A stretch of DNA of 20,000 nucleotides from Acidimicrobiia bacterium (lineage in GTDB: Bacteria; Actinomycetota; Acidimicrobiia; Spongiisociales; UBA11373), in the NCBI GenBank assembly GCA_040878325.1, contig JBBDMM010000009.1:54131-74130 (forward strand), in the 5' to 3' direction. A program made the translations under genes and the position numbers. Within the stretch, counting starts at the first letter, position 1. Each line of letters opens with the position of its first letter. This document shows positions 1-8,049 of this stretch, piece after piece. The notes under the pieces were generated by a model. That model was not told the DNA's origin, made no database searches, and worked only from the letters and a program-made list of their open reading frames with translations.

Positions 1-719
1 GGATCAGCCTGCCGATCCTCCCGCAGCAGGCACAGGACTGGGCGCCGATCATCGCGGTACTGGCGGTGATCGCCATCATCTACGGGGCGTTGGCCTGTCT
101 GGCCCAGACCGACCTGAAACGGCTCATCGCGTTCTCGTCGGTGGGGCACATGGGCTTCGTTATGCTCGGCATCTCGACCCTGACGGATGTGGGCATCAAT
201 GCCGCCGTCATCGGGATGGTCGCCCACGGAATCATCACGGGGATGCTGTTCTTCCTCGCCGGATCGATGCAGCATCGGTACCACACGCGTGACATGGCCC
301 GCCTCGGCGGGAACATGAAGACGCTGCCGATCATCGGTGGCTTGTTGGCGTTCACCGCGATGGCCTCACTCGGCCTCCCCGGCCTCGCCGGCTTCTGGGG
401 CGAGTTCATGGCGCTGCTGGCGTCGTTCAACCCGCTCGACGGGCTCAGCCTTGCGCTGTTCCGGATGGCGATGGTGGTCGGCGCGGTCGGCACCGTGCTC
501 ACCGCCGGCTACATGCTGTGGATGCTCCAGAAGGTCAACCTCGGGGAGCCCTCCGAGGAATGGGCCGGCAAGGACCTCCACGACGCCGACAAGTTCGAAT
601 TGGCGGCGTGGGTGCCGCTGGTGCTCGGCATCGTGGCCATCGGCGTGTACCCCAAGATCGTCTTCGGCGCCACCAACGACGCGGTCTCCGAGCTGGTTCG
701 CCGGGCGTTCGGGGGCTGA
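1..719 (+). CDS. nuoM: NADH-quinone oxidoreductase subunit M, 5'-truncated by the window edge
   Basis: Frame is open from position 3. Motifs DLKRLIAFSSVGHMGF, MVAHGIITGMLF and LGLPGLAGFWGEF are typical of NuoM. Abuts nuoN. Confidence 0.95.
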   Translation, partial: ISLPILPQQAQDWAPIIAVLAVIAIIYGALACLAQTDLKRLIAFSSVGHMGFVMLGISTLTDVGINAAVIGMVAHGIITGMLFFLAGSMQHRYHTRDMARLGGNMKTLPIIGGLLAFTAMASLGLPGLAGFWGEFMALLASFNPLDGLSLALFRMAMVVGAVGTVLTAGYMLWMLQKVNLGEPSEEWAGKDLHDADKFELAAWVPLVLGIVAIGVYPKIVFGATNDAVSELVRRAFGG

Positions 720-2237
720 GTGTTCGATTACCACGCCCTCGCCCCTGAACTGATCATCGGCATCGCCCTGCTGGCGACGATCGTCGCCGACCTGGTGTTG
801 CCCGATCGGCTCAAGTACCTGGTGGGGGTGACCGCGCTGCTGGGGCTGGTGGCTGCGGCCGTTCCCCTGCTCACCCTGGCGCTCTGTGGCGATATCAGCG
901 GATGCACCGACACCGGCACCAGGACGTTCTTCGGGGGGTCGTATGTGGTCGACGACTTCGCCCTCGTCCTCAAGGGGCTATTCATCGTCTCGGGCGTGCT
1001 GTCGCTGCTGCTGTCGGTGGGGTACCTCGAGAGCGACGACTACTACCAGGGCGAGTTCTACTTCCTCCTGCTCGCCTCGGTCACCGGCGCGCTGATCATG
1101 GCCTCCTCCCGTGACCTCCTGACGATGTTCGTTGGCCTCGAGCTGGTGTCGGCGCCGGCGTTCCTGCTGGCCGGCTGGAGGAAGGGCGATCTGCGGAGCA
1201 ATGAGGCCTCGCTGAAGTTCTTCCTGACAGGGGTGCTCTCGGTGGCGGTGATGCTGATGGGGATGTCCCTGATCTATGGGCTGACCGGCCAGTTGACCTT
1301 CGGGGGCATCGCCTCGGCTGCATCGGTGAGCGGTGTGGGTGACTCGCCGGCGTTCGTCCTCGGGGTCGTGTTCGTGCTCGTGGGCTTTGCGTTCAAGGTG
1401 TCGGCGGTGCCGTTCCACTTCTGGGCGCCGGACACCTATCAGGGCGCTCCGACCCCGGTGGCGGCCTATCTCTCGGTTGGCTCGAAGGCCGCGGGAGTGG
1501 TGGGGCTGCTGGCGCTCTGCTACCAGGCGTTCTCGACGGTCCCCGAGATCTGGGGTCCCCTCCTGTGGGTGCTGGCGGTTGCCTCGATGACGGTGGGGAA
1601 TCTCATCGCCCTCAAGCAGACCAACATCGTTCGCCTGCTCGGCTACTCGTCGATCGCCCAGGGCGGTTTCATCCTGGTGCCGTTCGCGATGGCGGCCTCG
1701 TACGACACCGTGGGCCTGTCGGATGCATTCTTCGCCTCGGTGACGTACGTGCTGGTCTATGCCTTCATGAACCTGGGGGCGTTTGCGGTGGTGATCGCAG
1801 TGGCCGCCAAGACCGAGAGCGGCGAGATCGAGGATTGGGGAGGGCTGAACCGGTACGCGCCGGGACTGGCGGCACTACTAGGGCTCTTCTTCTTCTCTTT
1901 GGCCGGTATCCCGCCGCTGGCCGGATGGTTCGCCAAGTTCGTGATGTTCCGGGCGGTCATCGGCGTGTTCGAGTCTCCCTGGGCGGTGGCGCTGGCGGTG
2001 ATCGCCGCGGTGAACGCGGTGATCGCACTCGTCTACTACGCCAAGGTGGTCAAGACGGTGTACATGGACGCGGTGCCTGTCACGGTCCCGGTCGACCGGG
2101 CCACCCAGACGCCGGTGGCTCGCCCGCTCGCCCTGGCGATCGGCGTCACCGCGGCGATGGTCATCGCCGTCGGTTTCTTCCCCCAGATCCTCGCCTTCTT
2201 CGGAGAAATCACGGAGCGGCTGGTAGCGGGGCCGTAG
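720..2237 (+). CDS. nuoN: NADH-quinone oxidoreductase subunit N
   Basis: 505-aa hydrophobic ORF with EASLKFF, FKVSAVPFHFWAPDTYQGAPTP, RLLGYSSIAQ and SLAGIPPLAGWFAKF motifs. Confidence 0.95.
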   Translation: MFDYHALAPELIIGIALLATIVADLVLPDRLKYLVGVTALLGLVAAAVPLLTLALCGDISGCTDTGTRTFFGGSYVVDDFALVLKGLFIVSGVLSLLLSVGYLESDDYYQGEFYFLLLASVTGALIMASSRDLLTMFVGLELVSAPAFLLAGWRKGDLRSNEASLKFFLTGVLSVAVMLMGMSLIYGLTGQLTFGGIASAASVSGVGDSPAFVLGVVFVLVGFAFKVSAVPFHFWAPDTYQGAPTPVAAYLSVGSKAAGVVGLLALCYQAFSTVPEIWGPLLWVLAVASMTVGNLIALKQTNIVRLLGYSSIAQGGFILVPFAMAASYDTVGLSDAFFASVTYVLVYAFMNLGAFAVVIAVAAKTESGEIEDWGGLNRYAPGLAALLGLFFFSLAGIPPLAGWFAKFVMFRAVIGVFESPWAVALAVIAAVNAVIALVYYAKVVKTVYMDAVPVTVPVDRATQTPVARPLALAIGVTAAMVIAVGFFPQILAFFGEITERLVAGP

Positions 2238-2240
2238 GGA

Positions 2241-2354
2241 AGCCACCAGCCTCCAGCCTCCAGCCTCCAGCCAGAAGGGCCTTCACTTCCGCAAGAACTA
2301 GGCCCGCCACTGTTCTTGACTCTTGACTCTTGCTGGCGGCTGGAGGCTGGGGGC
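2241..2354. repeat. Inverted pair of heptamer tandem arrays
   Basis: AGCCACC(AGCCTCC)3AGCC at 2241-2272, reverse-complement units GCTGGCG GCTGGAG GCTGGGG at 2332-2354, and TCTTGAC repeats at about 2313-2333. Confidence 0.8.
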
Positions 2355-2364
2355 GAGGCGCCGG

Positions 2365-2390
2365 GGAACCTGGCGGCCTACTTCTCCGTC
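2365..2390 (+). promoter_or_regulatory. Putative ECF sigma promoter GGAACC-N16-CGTC
   Basis: GGAACC at 2365-2370 and CGTC at 2387-2390, 9 nt before ATG 2400, with no SD sequence. Confidence 0.5.
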
Positions 2391-2399
2391 TCACCCGTC

Positions 2400-2861
2400 A
2401 TGAAGAAACTGATATCTCTCATTGCACTTCTCGCCGTGGTCGCTGTTGCTTGTGGTGACGACGATGCCGGCGAATCCACCACCACCACTCCCACCACTAC
2501 GAGTCCCACCACCACGCCCACCACCCTTCCCGATGGGTCGGTGATCGCCGAGTTCCAGACTCCTGACGGCGAGACCTATCGGATCCTTCTCACCGGCGAT
2601 GCCGCGGTCGCCGCCCGGGCGGCATTTGCTTCCGGGACCAACCCCGGGATTCCCAATGGGAAGATCCTTGCGGGCGATGGTGGCGTGAACATCGGCCACG
2701 AGTGGCACATCGTCGAGGTCGAGTTCGCCGACTTCGCCATCGAGGTGTGCGACGGCACCGTCTCATACATCGATGACCTTGGTTTTGACGAGTACGTCAA
2801 CCAGCACGGCGATCGCTACTGCCCCTGGTCTGCAGAGTTGATCGGCCTGATCGACGGCTGA
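2400..2861 (+). CDS. Secreted lipoprotein with Thr/Pro linker and BP74-like domain
   Basis: MKKLISLIALLAVVAVAC signal peptide with lipobox, TTTTPTTT linker, and a C-terminal domain with W.WH, EVCDG and CPW motifs that I recall from BP74-related proteins. Confidence 0.75.
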   Translation: MKKLISLIALLAVVAVACGDDDAGESTTTTPTTTSPTTTPTTLPDGSVIAEFQTPDGETYRILLTGDAAVAARAAFASGTNPGIPNGKILAGDGGVNIGHEWHIVEVEFADFAIEVCDGTVSYIDDLGFDEYVNQHGDRYCPWSAELIGLIDG

Positions 2862-2884
2862 CTTTTCCCTCGCCCAGCAAGCGC

Positions 2885-4897
2885 CTACACCTCGGACGGG
2901 GCCAGAGTCGTCCAGTAGAGGATTGTCGTGCCATCTGGTGTCCACGATGGGAGGCCGTCGAAGTTGGGGTCATCGGTGAGTTGGACACGGTCGGTCCCAT
3001 TTGCGGCCATGCTGAATATGTCGCTGCCGCCGGCTTCATCGAGGGCTGCAAAGGCGATGCGGGTTCCGTCCGGTGACCAGCGCGGGAAAAAGCCCAGACC
3101 GAGGTCGGAGACCGTGCCAGTGTCCAGATCGAGCAACCCGATGCGGCCGGCGGCGGTAATGCTGTCAAAGACGATCTGGCGACCGTCGGGGGACCAGATC
3201 GGGTTGGTAGTGGGTGCCTCGCGCAACTGGCGGAGGTTCGACCCGTCCCGATCGATCACCCACAGCTCCCCGGGGTGACCCCAACCTCTGATGTCGCCGT
3301 GTCCCCAGATGAACGCGATCCTGGTCCCATCGGTTGACCAGGCGGGGGCGTGCGCGTATCCGTCGAGGTCGGTTAGCTGGGTCAGTGCGGATCCATCGGC
3401 GTTGATCAGGTACAGGTCGCTTTGTCCAGGTTCGCCTCGAACGAACGCCAGCATCGTCCCGTCAGGAGACCACGACGGCATCGCATCGGGCACCGCGTCG
3501 CGGGTGACTCGACGAATATCGGTTCCGTTGCGACTGATGGTGTACAGGTCCCAGTAGTCCAGATAGAGCTCGGTGTACGCCAGTCGCTCGGCGCCCGGTG
3601 AGAACGGCCCGGCAGTGTTGGCGGGCCAGCCGGGAACCGGCGACGGCGGCGTGGAACCGTCGGCGGCAACGGTTGCCAACGTGAACACCGACGACTGACA
3701 TTCGGTGGGTTCTGTAGGCGGGGCTTGACCGTGGACGGCTTGGAGCAGTAACTCGTAGAACAGTGCACGCATCGGGACCCTCGCACCACCGATCTCGGTC
3801 GTGTCATGGGTGATGACGGCCACCAGATCGAGATCGTCGACGATCATCATGTCCTGTCCCCCGTACCCGGAGGCAATCCAGACCTCATGCCCCCCGATGT
3901 CATAACCCCACCAGAGGTACCCGTAGCGCATGGGGATGGGCGGATACTGCACGCAGCCCAAATCCCACCGTGGCGACAGGGATTGGTCGAGCCACGATGA
4001 CGAGACGATTTGATCGCCGCCGAGAGCGCCCTCATCGAGGACGAGCTGACCGAACCGGGCGATCTCCCGGGGGGTCATGAACATGTCGAAGCCTCCCGAG
4101 AGGTAGCCGCCGGGCTCGACATGCCACCCCTCGACGTCGATTCCCAAGGGTCCTAGCAACCGGTCGGCCGCGTACTGGCATAGGGACATCCCGGTCGCCT
4201 CGGTGAGCATCGCAGCCAGTACCTGAGTCAACCCGGTGTTGTAAGCGAACTCTGTGCCCGGTGCGACGACACGTGGGCTTGCCAACACTGCCCGCACCAA
4301 GGAGGGTTCCCCGGGCACCGTGCTGGGCTGCCACTCGTAGTTGGTGTCCGGTTCCGGTACCTCCAACCCGCCTGCCATCGTCAAGAGATCGCGAACGGTC
4401 AGTTCTCCGTGGTTCACGACCAGGTTCGGCGGCAGGACGTCGCCGACCTGCGCATCTAGGGTGAGATGACCTTCGTCGATCGCGATACCAGTGACCACCG
4501 ACAGGATGGACTTCGAGAGCGAATGGACGTTGTTGGCGTCCGTGGCATCGAAGCCGTTGAAGTAGCGCTCGAATACCAGCTTGCCGTTGCGTACGACCAG
4601 CAGGCTGGCGGTCATCGGTGACAACGCCACCTCTTCTGCCGCCTGCTCGAGCACGGCCGAGTCCAGACCGACCGTACCCGGATCGGCGGTCGGCCAATCG
4701 AGCGGGCTGGGGTCGGTGAGCGTCCGGTTGACCGCGTGGAAGGGATCGTCGAGGTTGGGTTGGAATGAGTCGCACTCCTCGCCGAATGCGGACTTGGCCC
4801 CGCTGCACGCCGCCATCAACGCGGCAACTAGGAGGACGGACGAGACGGCGAGGGGCCAGGGAAGCTGGGGCGCTCGGACATTGCGGAGAGCACTCAT
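2885..4897 (-). CDS. Lipoprotein: beta-lactamase-fold serine hydrolase (NylB/AmpC-like) fused to a C-terminal TolB-like PD40 propeller
   Basis: Lipobox LMAAC; SxxK (SLSK), LLTM, AYNTG and SGYGGQ motifs; repeated PSWSPDG/WSTDG/WTPDG units. An alternative GTG start lies at 4942. Confidence 0.85.
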   Translation of the reverse strand: MSALRNVRAPQLPWPLAVSSVLLVAALMAACSGAKSAFGEECDSFQPNLDDPFHAVNRTLTDPSPLDWPTADPGTVGLDSAVLEQAAEEVALSPMTASLLVVRNGKLVFERYFNGFDATDANNVHSLSKSILSVVTGIAIDEGHLTLDAQVGDVLPPNLVVNHGELTVRDLLTMAGGLEVPEPDTNYEWQPSTVPGEPSLVRAVLASPRVVAPGTEFAYNTGLTQVLAAMLTEATGMSLCQYAADRLLGPLGIDVEGWHVEPGGYLSGGFDMFMTPREIARFGQLVLDEGALGGDQIVSSSWLDQSLSPRWDLGCVQYPPIPMRYGYLWWGYDIGGHEVWIASGYGGQDMMIVDDLDLVAVITHDTTEIGGARVPMRALFYELLLQAVHGQAPPTEPTECQSSVFTLATVAADGSTPPSPVPGWPANTAGPFSPGAERLAYTELYLDYWDLYTISRNGTDIRRVTRDAVPDAMPSWSPDGTMLAFVRGEPGQSDLYLINADGSALTQLTDLDGYAHAPAWSTDGTRIAFIWGHGDIRGWGHPGELWVIDRDGSNLRQLREAPTTNPIWSPDGRQIVFDSITAAGRIGLLDLDTGTVSDLGLGFFPRWSPDGTRIAFAALDEAGGSDIFSMAANGTDRVQLTDDPNFDGLPSWTPDGTTILYWTTLAPSEV

Positions 4898-4980
4898 TCG
4901 GGATCGGGCGAATGGTACGTGGTTGCGTTCGTCCGACCTCACCCGATCGACGGCTGAGGTCTCTCAACCGGGCGTGGTGA

Positions 4981-5361
4981 TCACCCAGGGTTGGCGACGG
5001 CCATCGACGCGAGCATTCCTTGCTCGTAGTGGTCGACGATCGTGCCGTCGAGGAGTTGAACCACGATCCGGCACGACACTTCGTAACCGCCGGGTTCGAG
5101 GTCGAGAGGCAACTCGACCGCGCTCCCCGGAGCGATCGTCTCGGTGGCGGCGACTGCGCTCCCATCGGCGCGGGCGACGACCAGAGTGTGCGAGAACTCG
5201 CCGGCGTTTTCGACGGTCAAGACGATCGGTCCGGTCTGGACCACTGGAGCGGACACCTCGATCGAATACTCGTCGAGCACGATCACCGCGGAGTCCACCG
5301 GCGTCGATCCGCACCCTGCGAGGATCATCGTGGTGAACGCCAGGGCCGGGATTCTCCTCAT
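4981..5361 (-). CDS. Cupredoxin-domain lipoprotein
   Basis: Lipobox LAGC; N.GEFSH, L.PG.Y..SC and HYEQGM give His/Cys/His/Met type-1 copper ligands. ATGA overlap with the kinase stop. Confidence 0.8.
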   Translation of the reverse strand: MRRIPALAFTTMILAGCGSTPVDSAVIVLDEYSIEVSAPVVQTGPIVLTVENAGEFSHTLVVARADGSAVAATETIAPGSAVELPLDLEPGGYEVSCRIVVQLLDGTIVDHYEQGMLASMAVANPG

Positions 5362-6779
5362 GCGGCTGCCGCCTCGCGGGCGAGTGCCACTCCGACGGCC
5401 ATCGTCGTGCCATCAGGCCCGGACTTGACGGCGATCGACGCGCCGATCGCCTCCGCGATCAACCGGGCGAGGTACAGCCCCAGGCCGGTCCCCGGGCTGT
5501 CGCTGCGCTTCTCGAACTTCTCGAAGATGCGGGGGAGGAACTCCTGGTCGATGCCGGGGCCGTCATCTCGAACCGCAACCCACATGGCGGCGTTCGAAGG
5601 GGTGCCGACGATCAGATCCGGCTCGAATGGCAGCGCCTCGAGGAAGTCGACCGCCACAGTCTTGGCTCCGTGGGTGCGGGCGTTCTCGGTGAGCGATGCG
5701 ACCAGTGCGACCAGGCCCTCGGGGTCGGTCATGACATCGGCGGCCGCCGGCGCCACCAGCGTTCCGGTCTGGGTGGCCGGGCGGAGGAGTTCGACCAGAG
5801 TCGCTGCCTCGATTCGGCGGAGGCTGTAGCCGAGCCCCTGGTTCTCGATTCGGGCGACGGTCAGCATGCGGTCGATGAGACCGCGGAGCTTGTCACCCTC
5901 GCGCACCATGTCGGCCAGGAGTTCGCCCCGATCGGCGGCAGGCATCTCGGGATGTGTGGCCAGCAGCTCGGCGCTGGTCACCACCCCTGTCAACGGTGTA
6001 TTCAATTCGTGGTTGATCATCAGCACGAACTCGGAACGAATTCGGTTCTTTTCCTCGGCCAGCGCCAGGGCGCGTTCGGCCGCCGACCGGGCCTCGTCGA
6101 GTTCCTTGTTGTGCGTGGCCAGTTCACGGGCACGAGCCTGGAGGCCGAAAGACTCCTCGATCGACCGCCGAACGCGGCGATGGGCGCCGGCCCTACCGGC
6201 CGCGAGCACCAGGGTCATCACCCCGAAGAACACGGCGACTCCGGCGAGTTGCAGGGTCTCCGGGTGGATTCCACGCGGAATTGCCCTGCGCTCGACCAGC
6301 CTCTGGAGGTCGTAGAACAGCACGGCGATTCGCCCGTCATCGAGGGGTCGCATCACCTGGTACAGCACGGCGTCCGCCGGCCACTCCTCGATGCCGTCGA
6401 TCATCACCGGCAGGCCGATCGGGGCGGCGAGGGCCCGCAATGGCATCGGACTGCCCGCAAAGAAGGGCGATTCGAGGTGCGATCCGACGAGGTTGCGCGA
6501 GCTCGAAGCGATGAACGTCAGGTTGTCGTCGAGCAGCGACACCGCCTCGATCCGCAGGGTGTTCCGAGCCTCCCGCACTGCCTGCGACGGGTCGAGGGCC
6601 CCGGTGAGGAAATCGGCCGCCATCGCGGCGTCATGGGTGAACAGCTCGCCCTCGCCGACGGGGCGGGTGAGGTCTGCCTGATGGCGGACGGCGACGATCG
6701 CCGCAGTGGCGGCAATCAATGCCGTCAGGGCCGCGCTGGCCAGCCAGAGACGGCTGACGCGTTGGTGGCGGTCGAAGAT
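5358..6779 (-). CDS. Membrane sensor histidine kinase (HisKA + HATPase)
   Basis: H-box NHELNTPL, N-box LTENARTH, G1 DDGPGI, F-box RIFEKF and G2 GTGLGL; two TM segments. The first canonical start (TTG 6719) lies inside TM1, so the start is probably ATC 6779 or CTG 6782 behind AGGAG. Confidence 0.9.
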   Translation of the reverse strand: MFDRHQRVSRLWLASAALTALIAATAAIVAVRHQADLTRPVGEGELFTHDAAMAADFLTGALDPSQAVREARNTLRIEAVSLLDDNLTFIASSSRNLVGSHLESPFFAGSPMPLRALAAPIGLPVMIDGIEEWPADAVLYQVMRPLDDGRIAVLFYDLQRLVERRAIPRGIHPETLQLAGVAVFFGVMTLVLAAGRAGAHRRVRRSIEESFGLQARARELATHNKELDEARSAAERALALAEEKNRIRSEFVLMINHELNTPLTGVVTSAELLATHPEMPAADRGELLADMVREGDKLRGLIDRMLTVARIENQGLGYSLRRIEAATLVELLRPATQTGTLVAPAAADVMTDPEGLVALVASLTENARTHGAKTVAVDFLEALPFEPDLIVGTPSNAAMWVAVRDDGPGIDQEFLPRIFEKFEKRSDSPGTGLGLYLARLIAEAIGASIAVKSGPDGTTMAVGVALAREAAAA

Positions 6780-6850
6780 CAGAGAACTCCTGGGGTCGTC
6801 TGATCAATTTCGACCGAAAACGCCGCTCCCTTGAGGATTCCGGCCCCTGG

Positions 6851-7507
6851 CTATTGGTTGACGGTGTATCTCCGCCCACAGCTGCCGCAGGTGACCGGCT
6901 TTCCTGCCGTCCCCTCGATGGCGGCCCCACAGAAGGGGCAGTTCTTAAACTGATCGCCTGGCCGCCCCCCGCCCCCCCGATACAGCACCGGCACCGCCAG
7001 TACCGACGCCGACAGCAGCACCACCACGATGGCGAACATTCTCCAATATCCGCCGTCCCCGCCGACCTCGGTCCAAATGGGAAGCAGGATCATTGCCGCC
7101 ACCGCGGCGATCAAGAGGTTTGCGGCCATCCCGACCCAGGCGGAACCGCCCTGCAGCCTCCAACCCGACAGCAAGCAGGCAAGGGCAGCGGCGCCGGCAA
7201 CCACGTAGGCGCTCCCGGCGACCTTCCCGAGAGTGAGCGAGTCGAGATCGGCCCAGATGAAGATGGTGACCGCGACGAATCCCACGGCGGCGGCAGCCAT
7301 TCCCAGGTGAGGGACGAATCCCAGTCGTCCCTTCGAAAGGGCGGGGGCGCACGCCATCGCCAGGATCGCCGAGGCCGTAGCGATCAGCGAGGTGCCGAGA
7401 ATGCGGCCTTCGACGTCCCCGATGTCGCCACCCAGCAGGACGAAGATGGCGAATGCGGCGTTGGCGACGATCAGCCCGATGACAATGCGAGTGAAGAGCG
7501 ATTTCAT
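6851..7507 (-). CDS. Multi-pass membrane protein with a C-terminal zinc-ribbon-like motif
   Basis: About 6 hydrophobic segments followed by CPFC..CGSC. Start at MKSLF chosen over the ORF-track start at 7537. Confidence 0.75.
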   Translation of the reverse strand: MKSLFTRIVIGLIVANAAFAIFVLLGGDIGDVEGRILGTSLIATASAILAMACAPALSKGRLGFVPHLGMAAAAVGFVAVTIFIWADLDSLTLGKVAGSAYVVAGAAALACLLSGWRLQGGSAWVGMAANLLIAAVAAMILLPIWTEVGGDGGYWRMFAIVVVLLSASVLAVPVLYRGGGGRPGDQFKNCPFCGAAIEGTAGKPVTCGSCGRRYTVNQ

Positions 7508-7599
7508 GTGCACATCTTCGCATGAGTACCGCGGCATCGTTCCCGGGCCCTCGCGGGTGGGTCGGACCTAAGATGCCACCGGCGTACGAGGAATATGAC

Positions 7600-8004
7600 T
7601 TGACCGATCCAGTGGTCGTCGCGCTGGCGCGCGGCGGCATCGTCGGCATTACCACTACTGGTCGGACGTCGGGCCGTCCCCACACCGTCGACGTGACGCT
7701 TCACAACGTCGATCGGAATTTGGTAATCGCCGGGCGCCCGGGCACGCGGGACTGGTACGCCAATGTCCAGGCCGATCCGCACTTCACGATTCAGTTGAGG
7801 GGTGCAGTGGAGGCCGACATCGAGGCGACCGCCGTGCCGGTCACCGATTGGTCGGCGCGTCGCTCCTTGATGGAGCGCGTGATGATCAAGGGATTCGGCT
7901 TCTCGCCCCAGCGCACCCAACGCGAACTCCACTTCTGGGTCACTCGCTCACCGCTCGTCCTGGTCAATGCCGACTGGCCGGGGTGGGTGAACAACCCGAA
8001 CTAG
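7600..8004 (+). CDS. Deazaflavin (F420)-dependent nitroreductase-family (DDN-like) oxidoreductase
   Basis: ITTTGRTSG and DWYANVQADP motifs. TTG 7600 has GAGGA 7 nt upstream; ATG 7573 is an alternative start. Confidence 0.75.
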   Translation: MTDPVVVALARGGIVGITTTGRTSGRPHTVDVTLHNVDRNLVIAGRPGTRDWYANVQADPHFTIQLRGAVEADIEATAVPVTDWSARRSLMERVMIKGFGFSPQRTQRELHFWVTRSPLVLVNADWPGWVNNPN

Positions 8005-8049
8005 CGGGTCGCGACGGAACCGACAGAGCCGTCGGTACGCTCCAACCGC

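Noticed and set aside
2241..2354. Repeats as a possible CRISPR array
   Set aside because: Units are 6-7 nt in tandem with no unique spacers, and there are no cas genes.
2885..4897. Calling the hydrolase an antibiotic-resistance beta-lactamase
   Set aside because: The motifs (YNT, SGYGGQ instead of KTG) fit NylB-like amidases or esterases; nothing here shows beta-lactam specificity.
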